The position numbers and the translations under genes are program-made. Positions 7,736 through 20,021 of a DNA stretch of 64,000 bases are shown here, one piece after another. Under the pieces are notes generated by a model, which was given only the letters and a program-made list of their open reading frames with translations, made no database searches and was not told where the DNA came from. Each line of letters starts with the position of its first letter. Position 1 is the first letter of the stretch. Location: assembly GCA_963738925.1 (NCBI GenBank), contig CAVTYE010000002.1:41902-105901 (forward strand), in the 5' to 3' direction. Source of the stretch: an uncultured Chloroflexia bacterium. GTDB lineage: Bacteria > Chloroflexota > Dehalococcoidia > SM23-28-2 > RBG-16-64-32.

Positions 7736-10106
7736 CTAGCCGACGGCTGCCGGCTGGGGCTCCGGCGGCGCGGGCGCTTCTCCCCGCCACTCGCAGTCGA
7801 CGCACTTCGCCTTGTTGTCCTTCTCCGCGACGACGAGGCCGCCGCAGCTGGGGCAGGGCATCTCCAGCGGCCGGCTCCACGTGGTGAAGTCACACTTCGG
7901 GTAGTTGGCGCAGCCGTAGAAGGTGCGGCCGCGCTTTGTGCGGCGCTCCACCAGGTCGCCCTGGTCCTTCGGACACTTCACGCCCAGCGGCTTGATCAGC
8001 GGCTTGCGTCCCTTGCACTCCGGGTAGCGGCTACAGGCCAGGAACTTGCCGAAGCGGCCGCTGCGGATCAGCATCATCGCGCCGCACTCCGGGCACTCCT
8101 CCTCGGTCTCCTGCGGCGCTTCCACGGGCTCCTCGCCTTCCAGCGAGCTCGTCCCGCGGCACTCCGGGAAGCGGGTGCAGGCCAGGAAGCGGCCGCGGCG
8201 TCCCCAGCGGATCACCATCGGCGCCTTGCATTCCGGGCAGAGCTCCGTCGTCTCCTCGACCTGCCGCTTCGCCTCGATCGTCGCCGTTGTTAGCGCGGCC
8301 TCCAGCGGGTCGTACATCTCGCGCACCACCGGCTGCCACTCGCGCTCACCTGAGGCGACTTCGTCCAGCTCTTCCTCCATGTTCGCCGTGAAGCCGGCGT
8401 CCACGAAGTTCGGGAAGTGCTCCACGAGCAGATCGTTGACGACGAGTCCCAGGTCTGTCGGCCTCAGGTTGCGTCCCTCTTTGCCCACGTAGCCGCGGTC
8501 CTGGATCGTGGACATCGTCGGGGCGTAGGTGCTGGGCCGGCCGATGCCTTTCTCTTCCAGCGCCTTGACCAGGCTGGCGTCTGTATAACGCGGCGGCGGC
8601 TCCGTGAAGTGCTGCTCCGGGAAGAGCTCGCGCATCAGCAGGGGATCGCCGGCGGCCAGCTGCGGCAGCGGGTTGCTGCCCATGTCCTCTTCGTCGTTGT
8701 CGTCTTCGTCGCGCGCCTCTACGTAGACCTGCCGGAACCCGGCGAAGCGTAGCTGCGTGTTCGTGGATCGCATCAAGAGCGAGTCGGCGCCGGAAGCCGG
8801 CTTGGCCTCCGTCTCCACCGTCGTCACGTCGAAGATGGCGTCGGCCATCTGGCTGGCGACGAAGCGTTGCCAGATCAGCATGTAGAGCCGGTACTGGTCG
8901 TTGTTCAGCGAATCGCGAATGGCGTCCGGCTCCCGCTCAACGGAGGTCGGGCGGATCGCCTCGTGCGCTTCCTGCGCGCCCTTCACCTTGCGGGTGTAGA
9001 CTCGCGGCTTCTCCGGCACGAAGTCAGCGCCGTAGCGCGCCGAGATGTACTCGCGCGCCTCCTGCTGTGCCGAGGCGGCGATGTTCGTAGAGTCGGTACG
9101 CATATAGGTGATCAGACCGATCTCGCCGCGCCCGCCCAGCTTCACGCCTTCGTAGAGCTGCTGGGCCACGGCCATCGTCCGCTTGGCGGTGAAGCCAAGG
9201 CGGCGCGAGGCCTCCTGCTGCAGCGTGCTCGTAATGAACGGCGCTGTCGGTCGGCGCACCTGCGGCCGGGTCTGCACGCTCATCACCGTGTAGGCCGACC
9301 TCACGCAGGTCCTTGACCAGCGCATCGGCCTGCTCGCCGCTGGTGATCTCTATCTTGTCCTTCTTGCCGACGTAGCCGGCCAGCTTCGCCTTGAACTTCG
9401 GCGTCGCGCTGGCCTTCTCCAGCTCAGCGTCGATCGACCAGTACTCCTGGCGCACGAACGCTTCGATCTCCCGCTCGCGCTCAACGACGAGCCGTACGGC
9501 GACCGACTGCACGCGTCCGGCGGAGAGACCCCTTCGCACTTTCTTCCAGAGGAACGGGCTCAGCCGGTAGCCGACCAGCCGGTCCACGACGCGGCGAGCC
9601 TGCTGCGCATCGACGAGCTGCATGTTCAGCTCGTGCGGGTGCTGGAACGCCTCCTGCACGGCCTCCGGCGTGATCTCGTGGAAGACCACGCGGTGGTGCG
9701 GCAGGTCGCGCAGGTTGGCGGCCTCCATCAGGTGCCAGGCGATGGCCTCGCCTTCGCGGTCAGGGTCGGTGGCCAGGAACACTTCGCCGGCGAGCTTGGC
9801 GGCGTCCCGGATCTCCGTCACCGTCTTCGACTTCTCGCGCGGGATGATGTACTGCGGCAGGAAGTTGTCGTCGACATCGATGCCGAGCTTCGCCTTCGGC
9901 AGGTCCCGGATGTGGCCGATCGATGCGCGGACGTCGTAGTTCGAGCCAAGGATGCGCGATATCGTTCGCGCCTTGGCCGGCGACTCAACGATGACGAGGC
10001 TTCGTCCCGCCTTGCCGGCCGGTGATTTCTTTTTCGCGGCCGCTTTCTTTCGTGCGGGCGCTTTCTTGCGGCTGGCCGTGACCGGCTCGCCGTTTGTCTC
10101 TACCAA
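7736..10106 (-). CDS. topA: DNA topoisomerase I with C-terminal zinc ribbons (frameshift ~9295)
   Basis: VIVESPAKARTI, ATDPDREGEAI, SAGRVQS, PFITSTLQQEA, LITYMRTDS, GIGRPSTY, repeated CPxC. Confidence 0.96.
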
Positions 10107-10127
10107 GTGTGTAACCCTTCTTTTCTT

Positions 10128-11278
10128 CTAGCCGGAGCCGTAACTTGCGGCTGCCTCTCTGGCCCTGACGTAGGCTTTCGGTCCGATCTCCCGGACCAGG
10201 CCCTTCAGTTCCATCATGGCGAGCAGGCTGCTTACCGTCGAGATGGGGAGTCCGCTTTCGCGGCAGACCTCATCGATGTGGACCGGCTCTCTCGATATAT
10301 GACGCAGAAGCTCGGCTTCCGTGTCCGTGGCTGGGCTCAATTCCAGCATTTCTATCTGTTGGGGCGCGGTCTGGAGGTTGAGCTCTTCCAGTATGTCGTC
10401 GACCTTGGTGACCAGCTTCGCCTCTCCGCGCTGTATCTTCAGGTTAGTCCCGCGGCTCTGCGTTGAAAAGACGCTGCCCGGGACCGCGAACACTTCACGG
10501 CCCTGGTCATTCGCGAAGTTCGCCGTGATGAGCGCGCCGCTCTTCAAGTCGCCTTCGACGACGAGGACGCCGAGACTCATGCCACTAAGGATACGATTTC
10601 GGCGCGGAAAAAAGTCTCCGCGCGGCTGAGCACCCAGCGGCTGCTCGCTGATCACGGCCCCGCGTTCGGCGATCTCGCCGGCCAGCTTCTTGTGCTCCGG
10701 CGGGTACACCATGTCCAGCCCGCAGGCCATCACCGCCAGCGTCCGGCCGCCCGCCTGCAGCGCCGCCCGGTGCGCGATCCCATCGATCCCGCGGGCCAGC
10801 CCGCTGACAACGGTGACCTGGTTCGCGGCCAGCATGGAAAGACATTTCCTCCGCCACCTGCCGGCCGTAGGGTGTCGGCTTCCGGGTGCCGACGACGGCG
10901 ACTGACAGCTCGTCCTGCGGCGCCAGCTCGCCGCGGATGTAGAGCAGCGGCGGTGCATCGTCGATCTCGCGCAGGCGCGCGGGGTAGTGCCGGGTCGTCC
11001 CAGGTTATCGCGGCTACGCCGGCCGTCGCCAGTCGCTCCCATTCCGCCTCCGGGTCGATGTCCGCGCGCTCGTCGGCGATCTGGCGGACCGTGCGGTCGT
11101 CCAGGCCGGCCTCCTTGAGCTCGCTGCGGGTAGCGCGCCAGGCCTCGCCCAGTGATCCGAACCGCGCCAGCATCGCCTCGTAGCGTTTCGTGCCGACGCC
11201 TGCGATGCGGCTGAAGGCGACCCAGAACTTCGCGTCCTCTGCGTTCGCCGTTGCGGACTTCTTCTGTCGTCTGGCCAT
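10128..11278 (-). CDS. dprA: DNA-processing protein DprA (indels ~10985 and ~10845)
   Basis: VVSGLARGIDGIAH, FPRRNRILSG, VVEGDLKSGALITA, GREVFAVPG; C-terminal winged helix. Confidence 0.93.
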
Positions 11279-11340
11279 TTCAGGCGAGGATAGCACGGGG
11301 GTCAACGGTACGCGGCCGGCCAGTGGCACCGCGGGAGAGG

Positions 11341-11742
11341 TCAGGCCGGCACCACGGCGACCGCTTCGATTTCGATCAGGAACTCTGGTCGCGCCAGCCC
11401 GGCAACGACGACCAGCGTGCTGGCCGGCGGCGCCGCGGTATTCACGTATTCGTCGCGGATCTCCCTGATGGCCGCGATGCTTGACGAGTCCAGGAGGAAG
11501 TATGTCAGCTTGACCATGTTGCTGAAGTCGGAGCCAACGGCAGCCAGGTTGGCCTTCAAGTTCTCGAAGACCTGGCGCGCCTGTGCGGCCATATCGCCTT
11601 CGCCGACGATCTTGCCGCTCGGGTCGGCTGCCACCTGCCCGGAGATATAGACGAGCCGCGCGCCGGTGACCTCCGCGATGTGGGAGTAGCCAACCGGGCG
11701 GTGGACGGTGTCCGGGTTGAGGAAGCGCGCTCCGTCCGCCAA
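11341..11742 (-). CDS. RidA/YjgF family protein
   Basis: GYSH, VYISGQV, QARQVFENL, PPASTLV..LARPEFLIEIEAVA. Confidence 0.9.
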   Translation of the reverse strand: MADGARFLNPDTVHRPVGYSHIAEVTGARLVYISGQVAADPSGKIVGEGDMAAQARQVFENLKANLAAVGSDFSNMVKLTYFLLDSSSIAAIREIRDEYVNTAAPPASTLVVVAGLARPEFLIEIEAVAVVPA

Positions 11743-11743
11743 A

Positions 11744-13010
11744 CTACGCTTCTTCTTCCTCGGCGACGGCCTGCTTCATCACCCGCACCTTCTTGATGCG
11801 GCGGCCGGCCACGCTCAGCACCCTCAGGTTCACGCCATCGAACTGCACCGTGTCGCCCACGTTCGGCATCCGACCCAGCTCGTTGACGATGAAACCGCCG
11901 ACGCTGTCGAAGTCCTGCTTCTCGATATCGCGTGTCGAACATCTCGTTCAGCTCGTCGATGTCGACGCTGCCGTCGACGATCGCCTCGTTTTCGTTCACC
12001 TGCTGAACGGCCAGCTCCTCGGCGTCGTACTCGTCCTGGATCTCGCCGACGATCTCTTCGATCAGGTCTTCCAGCGTCACCAGGCCCGCCGTGCCGCCGT
12101 ATTCGTCGACGACGATGGCCATGGAGACGCGGTTCTGTTTCATGTCGGAGAGCAGCTCGTGTACGCGCTTGCTTTCCGGGACGATGTGCGCCGGCTTGAC
12201 GATCTCTCGCAGGGAGGGGCGCGTCTTGCCGTTGATCATGTGGCGCATCATCTCCCGCGCGTGGGCGATGCCCAGGATGTGGTCGATGTCTCCCTCATAG
12301 ATGGGGATCCGGCTCAGCCCCTTGGTCACCATCACCTCCGCCAGGCTCTCGAAGCCGTCGTCTGCGTTCACGGCGACGATGTCCGGGCGCGGCACCATGA
12401 CCTCGCGGACAACCGTGAACTCCAGGTCCATCACGCCGCGGATCATGTCTCGTTCGACGTCCGGGAGGGCGGCGCTGGCCTCCTCCATCTCGGTGATCAG
12501 CAGGACCTCTTCGGCCGCCGATTCGTGGCCGCCCTGGTAGCGGTGCATCGCGTGGAACACCGCCCCCAGCGGCGCATCGATCATCACCACCGGCACTTTG
12601 AATACGAACCGGATCACGATGACCAGCGGCCGCGTCGCGCGCTCCCAGAACTGCGGATCGCGGGAGACCAGAGAGCGCGTGAACCCCTGCAGCAGCACGA
12701 AGCCGATCGCCGTGAGCACGATCGTCACGGCGAGCGCCGGCCAGGCGCTGGACGCCTCCCGCAGCACCAGGTAGACCGCCACACCCGTCACCGCCACCGA
12801 CGCCAGGTTCCGGGCCAGCGAAAGCGACGACAGCGTGACCTGCCGCTCCTGGTAGAAGCGGCGTAACGCCTCGACGCGGGACTCGGCCGGCTCACGCAGC
12901 GCACGTTCCCGCACGCCGGCGATGACGCCCGCTTCGCCCGCGCCGATCAGGATCAGCGTGATCACGCCGACGACCAGCATGACCGCGGCGACGATCTCGT
13001 TGCTATCCAT
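11744..13010 (-). CDS. HlyC/CorC family CNNM-CBS transporter-associated protein (indel ~11930)
   Basis: N-terminal TM helices, [51 protein letters not shown]; CorC_HlyC tail in shifted frame. Confidence 0.9.
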
Positions 13011-13641
13011 TTTTCCCGTCCATCGGCCGGGCCGGCACGCCCGCCACCTTCGCGCCGGCCGCCACATCGCCGGTCACGACCGATCCAGCCCCGGTGGCCG
13101 CGCCCTTGCCGATGCGCACCGGCGCCACCAGCATCGTGTCGCTGCCGATGAAGGCGCCGTCTTCGATGATCGTCTTGTGCTTGGATGTGCCATCGTAGTT
13201 GCAGGTGACGGCCCCCGCGCCGATGTTGACTCCCGCCCCGATCTCAGCGTCGCCGAGGTAGCAGAAGTGCGCCGCCTTCGTCCCGCGGCCGATCCGGGAC
13301 CGGTTGACCTCCACGCCGTGGCCCAGGTGCACGTCGGCTTCGATGTGCGTGTTCCCGCGCAGCTGCCCGAACGGCCCGATGTCGGAGCCCGCATCGATCC
13401 GCGAATCGCGGACGACCGAGGCGAACACGGTGCAGCCGTCGCCGATGATGGCGTTTTCCAGGATGGAGTTCGGGCCGATCCGGCAGCCGCTGCCGATCGA
13501 GGTCTCGCCGCGGATCGTCGTGTTCGGCTCGATTACCGTGCCATCGCCGATCGCGATGCCGGCGTCGATGTACGTCGTCGCCGGATCAACCACCACCACA
13601 GGTTTGTGGGTGGTGTCTTGTTCGGATACTGAGTCAGGCAT
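13003..13641 (-). CDS. Stand-alone GlmU C-terminal (left-handed beta-helix acetyltransferase) domain
   Basis: [62 protein letters not shown]; no nucleotidyltransferase half. Confidence 0.85.
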   Translation of the reverse strand: MPDSVSEQDTTHKPVVVVDPATTYIDAGIAIGDGTVIEPNTTIRGETSIGSGCRIGPNSILENAIIGDGCTVFASVVRDSRIDAGSDIGPFGQLRGNTHIEADVHLGHGVEVNRSRIGRGTKAAHFCYLGDAEIGAGVNIGAGAVTCNYDGTSKHKTIIEDGAFIGSDTMLVAPVRIGKGAATGAGSVVTGDVAAGAKVAGVPARPMDGKNG

Positions 13642-13946
13642 GATGTGTCGTCAGCAGCTTGGCTTAGTTAAAGCGAACGGTTCGCGGGCACGAGCTTACA
13701 GGGCGTGCATATCTGCTGGAAGAGAAGCCGGTATGCGGAGGTTCCGGCGGTGTGGGGGTTTCGCTGGCGTCCATCATGTGTCGGCCTTCGCGGCCTGACA
13801 GGGAAATGTTAGTGGCGAAGCGGAAAGCCTGTCAAATCGGCGCCTGCGCTGGCTCGATGCCAGTTGCCGGGCAATCCGCCCATTCGGCGGGCGCCCGCGC
13901 TCGTACCTTATCCACCTGCGGACGGCTTACCCGTATAATCACTTTC

Positions 13947-16624
13947 GTGAACCCGCACGAACTGCGTGAAGCCTTCCTTACCTTCTTTGAGCAGAAGGGA
14001 CATCGTCGCGTGCCCGGAGCGCCCATCGTGCCGCCCGGCGATCCCACGCTGCTCTTCACCAGCGCCGGCATGGTGCAGTTCAAGCCTTACTTCACCGGCC
14101 AGGCCGAGCCGCCTTCGCCGCGCATGGTCTCCGTCCAGAAGTGCTTCCGCACCAGCGACATCGAGTCCGTCGGCGATCCCTCGCACCTCACTTTCTTCGA
14201 GATGCTGGGCAACTTCAGCGTCGGCGACTACTTCAAGGCGGAGGTCATCCCCTGGGCCCACGAGTTCCTGACGTCCGCCTCAGGCGGACTGAAGCTGCCC
14301 CAGGAGCGCCTCTGGCCCGCCGTCTTCGAGGACGACGACGAGGCATTCGAGCTCTGGCGCAAGCTGGGTTTCGCCCCCGAGCGGATCATGCGCTACGGCG
14401 AGGAGGACAACTACTGGTTCTCCGGAGACGTCGGACCCTGCGGCCCGGACTCCGAGATCCACTACGACTTCGGCGAGCAGTTCGGCTGCGGGCCTGACTG
14501 CCACCCCGCCCACGGCCACCCGCGCTTCGTTGAAATCTGGAACCTCGTCTTCATGACCTACTACTGCGACGGCGAGAAGCGCGAGCCGCTGCCGAAGAAG
14601 AACATCGATACCGGCTCCGGCTTCGAACGCATGATGTCGGTGCTCCTGCACAACAGCCCCGGCTGGGACAAGAACCGTCTGCCGTCCGACATACGACACG
14701 GAGGTCTTCGCCCCGCTGATCCGCCGCATCGAGCAGCTCTCCGGCAAGAAGTATGGAAGCGACGATGCCACCGACCGCGCGATCCGCATCGTCGCCGAGC
14801 ACTCCCGCGCCGTCACCTTCCTGATCGGCGACGAGCGCACGCCCGTCGTCCCCTCCAACGAAGAGCGCGGCTACGTCTGCCGCCGGATGCTGCGCCGGGC
14901 CGTCTACTTCGGCCGCCGCCACCTCGGCATCCAGCAGCCGTTCATGGCCGACCTGGCCGGCACCGTCGTCGAAATGATGCGCGAGTCGTACCCGGAGCTG
15001 GACCGCCAGCGCAAGTTCATCGCCGACATCATCGCGCCAGAAGAGCAGCGCTTCGACCAGACGTTGCACCGCGGCCTGGAGCGCCTTGAGGAGATCATCG
15101 CCGCTGCCGCCGCGAGCAAGCTTGTCTCCGGCGATGAGGCCTTCACCCTTCACGACACCTACGGCTTCCCGATCGACCTGACACGCGACATCGCCGAGCA
15201 AAACGGCTTCACCGTCGACATCAAGGGCTTCGAGGCGGAGATGGCCGGGCAGCGGGAGCGCGCCCGCGCCTCCGCCGGTGGCGCCGACGCCGTCGCCGCC
15301 GACACCCTCTACGCCTCCCTCGTCTCCGAGCCGACCGTCTTCACCGGCTACCAGGAGCTGGAGACGAGATCGCCTCTTGTCGCTCTCGTCGTCGGCGGCG
15401 CCAAAGCGATGGATGCCGGGGCCGGCGACTCCGTCGAAGCCTTCCTCGCCGCCACGCCGCTGTACCCCGAAGGCGGCGGCCAGGTCGGCGATCGCGGCGA
15501 GATCGCCGGGCCGCACGGGCGCGTCGAAGTTACCGACACCCAGCGCGTCGCCGGCAAGCTCATCGTCCACCGCGGCCGCGTCGCAGAAGGCCGGATCGCA
15601 GTCGGCGACGAGGTGACCGCGCGCGTCGATGTTGTCGCATCGCGACAACACCAGGCGCAACCACACCGCCACCCACCTCCTGCACGCCGCGCTCCGCGAA
15701 GTCATCGGCCCGCACGTGCGCCAGGCCGGCTCCCTCGTCGCGCCCGATCACCTCCGCTTCGATTTCACCCACACCGAGGCCGTGACCCCGGAGCAGCTCG
15801 CCGCCGTCGAGTCGCTGGTCAACGAAAAGGTGCGCCAGGACGTCCCCGTCCACACCCGCGAGACGTCGTTCGACGAAGCGATCGGCGAGGGCGTGCTCGC
15901 TTTCTTCGGCGACAAGTACGGCGACCGCGTCCGCGTCGTCGAGGTCAACACGACGGTCCCGCGCTTCAGCGCCGAGCTCTGCGGCGGCACCCACTGCGAG
16001 CGCACCGGCGAGATCGGCGCCATCATCATCACCGGCGAGTCGTCCATCGGCTCCGGCATGCGCCGCATCGAGGCCTTGACCGGCGCCGGCGCGGAGCGCT
16101 ACATCCGCGAACGGGAGCAGCTCCTGGCCCGGGCCGCCAGGGCCCTCGGCGCGCAGCCGAACGTCATCCTCCAGAAGATCGATTCGCTGGTGGCGGAGAA
16201 CGCGGCGCTCAAGCGCAAGAACGAAAAGCTGGAGCGCTCTCTCGCCTCCGGATCCAACAACGACGACCTCGCCGCCAGGGCCCAGGACATCGATGGCGCA
16301 CGCGTTCTCGCCGCCCGGGTCGATGCGCCCAGCGTGGACGCTCTGCGCTTCATGGGCGACTCCGTGCGCAAGTCGATGCCGTCGGCGGCGGCGGTGCTCG
16401 GCAGCGTGATCGATGACAAGCCGATGTTCATCGCGCTGGTCACCAAAGACCTGGTGGAGCGGGGCCTCCACGCCGGCAACCTGCTGAAGCGCGTGGCGGC
16501 CGTGGCCGGCGGCAGCGCGGGCGGCAGGCCGGACATGGCCCAGGGCGGCGGCAAAGACGTCGCGAAACTTGACGAGGCGCTGGCCGTTGTACCAGATGCG
16601 GTGCGCGAAATGCTGGGAGGCTAG
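13947..16624 (+). CDS. alaS: Alanine--tRNA ligase (indels ~14690 and ~15635)
   Basis: DPTLLFTSAGMVQFK, HLTFFEMLGNFS, EIWNLVF, DTYGFP, NHTATHLLH, ELCGGTH, GGGRPDMAQGGG-like tail. Confidence 0.97.
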
Positions 16625-16918
16625 ATGACGATCGAGGAGAACATCCGCACGCAACACCCGCTGGGCAAAGCCGGCGTCAATATCAGCCGCGCCAAGTACG
16701 ACGCGATCCGCAAGGCGCTGGTCGCAGCCCTGCAACGCGAAGGCGCACTGATCACCACCGAGCTGATCGGCCACGTCGCGACCGCAACGCCGAACTTCGA
16801 AGGCTCGATCCCCTGGTACACCGAGTCCGTCAAGCTGGACCTGGAGGCGCGCGACGTCATCGAACGCGTCCCCGGCTCCCGGCCGGAGCAGGTCCGGCTC
16901 ACCGGCCGCGAAGGCTGA
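16625..16918 (+). CDS. Conserved hypothetical protein (small winged-helix-like)
   Basis: HP.GK.GVNI...KYD, FEGSIPWY..SVKLDLEAR..IER; GGAGG RBS; translationally coupled to alaS and ruvX. Confidence 0.8.
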   Translation: MTIEENIRTQHPLGKAGVNISRAKYDAIRKALVAALQREGALITTELIGHVATATPNFEGSIPWYTESVKLDLEARDVIERVPGSRPEQVRLTGREG

Positions 16919-17340
16919 TGCGCATCGTCGGGATCGACTTTGGGGAGCGGCGCATCGGCGTCGCCGCCGCCGACGACCGCACCCGCCTGGCGATCCCGCT
17001 GACCACCGCCGAGATCCGCGGCGATCCGATCGAAGAGCTGGTCCGCATCGCCCACGAGCAGCGCGCCGAGGAGCTCGTGGTCGGCCTGCCGCTCTCCCTG
17101 ACCGGCGCCGAAGGACCGCAGGCCGGCCGCATCCGGGAGGTCGTCGCCGCGCTGGCAGAGCGCATCTCCATCCCTGTCCGCCTCCACGACGAGCGCCTCA
17201 CCTCCGTCCAGGCCGACCGCATGTCGCCGCCGAAGAAGAAGGGCGTGTCGCGGGCCAAGGCTGGCAACCCCGGCCGCGACGCCATGGCCGCCGCGATCCT
17301 GCTCCAGGCCTACCTGGACTCGCAGCGGCCGTATGATTAG
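16918..17340 (+). CDS. ruvX: Holliday junction resolvase-like / pre-16S rRNA nuclease YqgF
   Basis: GIDFGERRIGVA, VVGLP, DERLTS, DAMAAAILLQAYLD. Confidence 0.95.
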   Translation: MRIVGIDFGERRIGVAAADDRTRLAIPLTTAEIRGDPIEELVRIAHEQRAEELVVGLPLSLTGAEGPQAGRIREVVAALAERISIPVRLHDERLTSVQADRMSPPKKKGVSRAKAGNPGRDAMAAAILLQAYLDSQRPYD

Positions 17341-17346
17341 CTGACA

Positions 17347-18198
17347 GTGCAGTACCTCGGCGTCATCACCGATCCCGACAAGCAGTCCACCTCGCCGGCC
17401 TTCCAGCAGGCGGCGATCGATGCGCTCGATCTCGGAATGGTCTACGAGCGCTGGCCGACGCCGCCCAACGGCCTGGCCACGCGCATCACAGGCCTGCGCG
17501 CTCCGTCCGTGCTCGGCGCAAACGTCACGATCCCGCACAAGGAGGCCGTGATGCCGCTGCTGGACGAGCTCGACCCGCTGGCCACTCGCGTCGGCGCAGT
17601 CAACACCATCCTCAACCGGGAAGGCAAGCTCACCGGCTACAACACCGACGTGGAGGGCTTCCTCCGCGCTCTGCGAGACGACGCCGGCTTCCATACAGAC
17701 GGCTCCAACGCCGCGATCGCCGGCGCAGGCGGGGCCGCGCGCGCCGTCGCCGTCGCTCTGATCGAAGCGCGGGCAGAGTCCGTCGCCGTCCTCAACCGCA
17801 CCGAAGACCGCGCCCGCCGCCTCGTCGCCGACCTCTCCTCGCAGGCCCGCGAGACGAGCCTCGAAGCGCTGCCGGATACGCCTGAAAGCTGGGCAAAAGT
17901 GGCTCCACACGCGGAGCTATTGGTAAACTGTACCTCGGTCGGCATGGAGGGCCCGTCAGAAGGCGAAACGCCCGTGCCAGCCGGCCTCATCCGCCCGGAT
18001 ATGCTCGTGTTCGACCTCATCTACCGGCCCACTGAGACCCGTCTGCTAGCCGATGCCTCCTCCCGCGGAGCTCGCACGCTCGGCGGCCTCTCGATGCTCG
18101 TCTACCAGGGCGCGGCCTCGTTCAAGATCTGGACCGGCCGCGAGGCCCCCGTCGACGTGATGATGGACGCCGCTCGCAGCGCGGTAGGAGCGGCCTGA
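17347..18198 (+). CDS. aroE: Shikimate dehydrogenase
   Basis: GANVTIPHK, GAVNT, GYNTDVEGF, GAGGAARA, DLIYRP, GLSMLVYQG. Confidence 0.95.
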   Translation: MQYLGVITDPDKQSTSPAFQQAAIDALDLGMVYERWPTPPNGLATRITGLRAPSVLGANVTIPHKEAVMPLLDELDPLATRVGAVNTILNREGKLTGYNTDVEGFLRALRDDAGFHTDGSNAAIAGAGGAARAVAVALIEARAESVAVLNRTEDRARRLVADLSSQARETSLEALPDTPESWAKVAPHAELLVNCTSVGMEGPSEGETPVPAGLIRPDMLVFDLIYRPTETRLLADASSRGARTLGGLSMLVYQGAASFKIWTGREAPVDVMMDAARSAVGAA

Positions 18199-18852
18199 TG
18201 TTGCCCTGGGCGATTCTCGCCATCTTCATCGGCTTCCTCGGCCTGGCCTACATCATGATCCAGGGCACGCGCGCCGCCCTCGCCTGGCGTACCGCCGCCG
18301 CCGCCGGTGATCTCACCGTCATCCGCGACATCATCGACGACTCGATCAAGCACTGGTCCTCCCAGAAGCGCCCCAAGCCCGTCGCCCCGGAGGTCTGGCG
18401 CGGCATCCAGAGCCTGCAGTTGGTCAGCCTGGCCCCGGGACTACGTCCGCGTCTCCTGCGTCGCCGCCAGTGAGTACAGGATGCAGGACGGCCGCTGGAT
18501 CGAGATGAAGAACCCGCTGCAAGAGGGCATGGCGATCAGCGCCAGGGCCATCGACATGCTGATGTACGAAGTCATCCACTACCGCCCCGACAACCTGCAG
18601 GTCGACGTCTACACGGACTACCGCGACGACGCCGGGGCGACCCGCCGCCAGTGCGTGCTCTCCACCCTGGCCAGCCGCGAAGCCGCCCGCGAAGTCAACT
18701 GGGAAGAGTGGACGCCGGAGCAGATCATCGAGGCGCTGGAGAGCCGCTACCGCCTGAGCGACAACGGCCGCCCGCTGCCCATCGAGCCATTCGCGCCGCC
18801 GGTAACAGAAGAGCAGCCGGAGACAGCCCCCGCAGCGGAGGCGCACTCGTGA
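18198..18852 (+). CDS. Hypothetical membrane-anchored protein (indel ~18435)
   Basis: N-terminal TM helix; two overlapping ORFs with coding-like codon use; coupled to aroE and aroC. Confidence 0.7.
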
Positions 18853-20021
18853 CCGAGCTTCGATTCCTCACCGCCGGCGAGTCGCACGGCCAGGCCCTGG
18901 TCGCGCTGCTGGAAGGCATCCCGGCGGGCCTCGAGATCAGCGAAGACTACATCGCCGCCGACTTGCACCGGCGCCAGGGCGGCTACGGGCGCTCCCGCCG
19001 CCAGCAGCTGGAAGTGGACCGCGCCCAGATCATGGGCGGCGTCCGCCACGGCCGCACCCTCGGCAGCCCCATCGCCATGCTCATCACCAACCGCGTCTGG
19101 GAAGACTGGCAGGATGTCATGAAAGTCGGACCGTACGACGGCGACCCCAAGAAGGTGACGCGTCTTCGCCCCGGCCACGCCGACCTCGCCGGCACGATGA
19201 AGTACGGCTTCGACGACGTTCGCAACGTCCTGGAGCGCGCCTCCGCCCGCGAGACCGCCGCCCGCGTCGCCGTCGGCGCGGTCTGCCGCCGCTTCCTGGA
19301 AGAGCTCGGCGTCGCCATCCACTCACACACAACTTCCATCGGCGATGTCCACGCCAGCGTCGAGGGCGAGCCGGAGTGGTCCGCCGTTGACGAGAACGCC
19401 GTGCGCAGCGCCGACCCCGCCGCCGGCGAGCGGATGATCGCCGCCATCGACGCCGCCAAGGAGGCCGGCGACACCCTGGGCGGCACCTTCGAGATGTGGG
19501 CCACCGGCGTCCCGATCGGCCTCGGCTCACACGTCCAGTGGGACCGCAAGCTGGACGGCCAGCTGGCCCAGGCCGTGATGAGCATCCACGCCACCAAGGG
19601 CGTCGAGATCGGCCCCGGCTTCGCGGTGGCCGAAGGGCCCGGCACCGAGGCGCATGACGTGATCATGCCCCCGGACCGCTGGAACGGCCGACCCTGGAGC
19701 CGCGAGACCAACCGCGCCGGCGGCCTGGAAGGCGGGATGACCAACGGCGAGCCGATCGTTGTCCGCGGCGCGCTCAAGCCGATCTCCACCCTCTCGCGGC
19801 CGCTGCCTTCCGTCGATCTCCAGACCGGCGAGCCGATCCAGGCTCACTACGAGCGCTCCGATGTCTGCACGGTCCCCGCCGCCGGCGTCATCGGCGAGGC
19901 GATGGTCGCCATCGTCCTGGCCCGCGCCGTCCTCGAGAAGTTCGGCGGCGACTCGCTCCCGGAGACCAGGCGCAACCTGGAGGCATATCGCCAGACCATT
20001 GGCCCCCGCGGCCAGGCGTGA
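18849..20021 (+). CDS. aroC: Chorismate synthase
   Basis: LTAGESHG, RRQGGYGR, RPGHAD, ERASARETA, NRAGGLEGGMTNG, ERSDVC. Confidence 0.97.
   Translation: MTELRFLTAGESHGQALVALLEGIPAGLEISEDYIAADLHRRQGGYGRSRRQQLEVDRAQIMGGVRHGRTLGSPIAMLITNRVWEDWQDVMKVGPYDGDPKKVTRLRPGHADLAGTMKYGFDDVRNVLERASARETAARVAVGAVCRRFLEELGVAIHSHTTSIGDVHASVEGEPEWSAVDENAVRSADPAAGERMIAAIDAAKEAGDTLGGTFEMWATGVPIGLGSHVQWDRKLDGQLAQAVMSIHATKGVEIGPGFAVAEGPGTEAHDVIMPPDRWNGRPWSRETNRAGGLEGGMTNGEPIVVRGALKPISTLSRPLPSVDLQTGEPIQAHYERSDVCTVPAAGVIGEAMVAIVLARAVLEKFGGDSLPETRRNLEAYRQTIGPRGQA

Noticed and set aside
13642-13946. T-box or other leader RNA for alaS, or remnant of the GlmU N-domain
   Set aside because: No T-box motif or GlmU-like translation seen; alaS has a -10 box directly before its start
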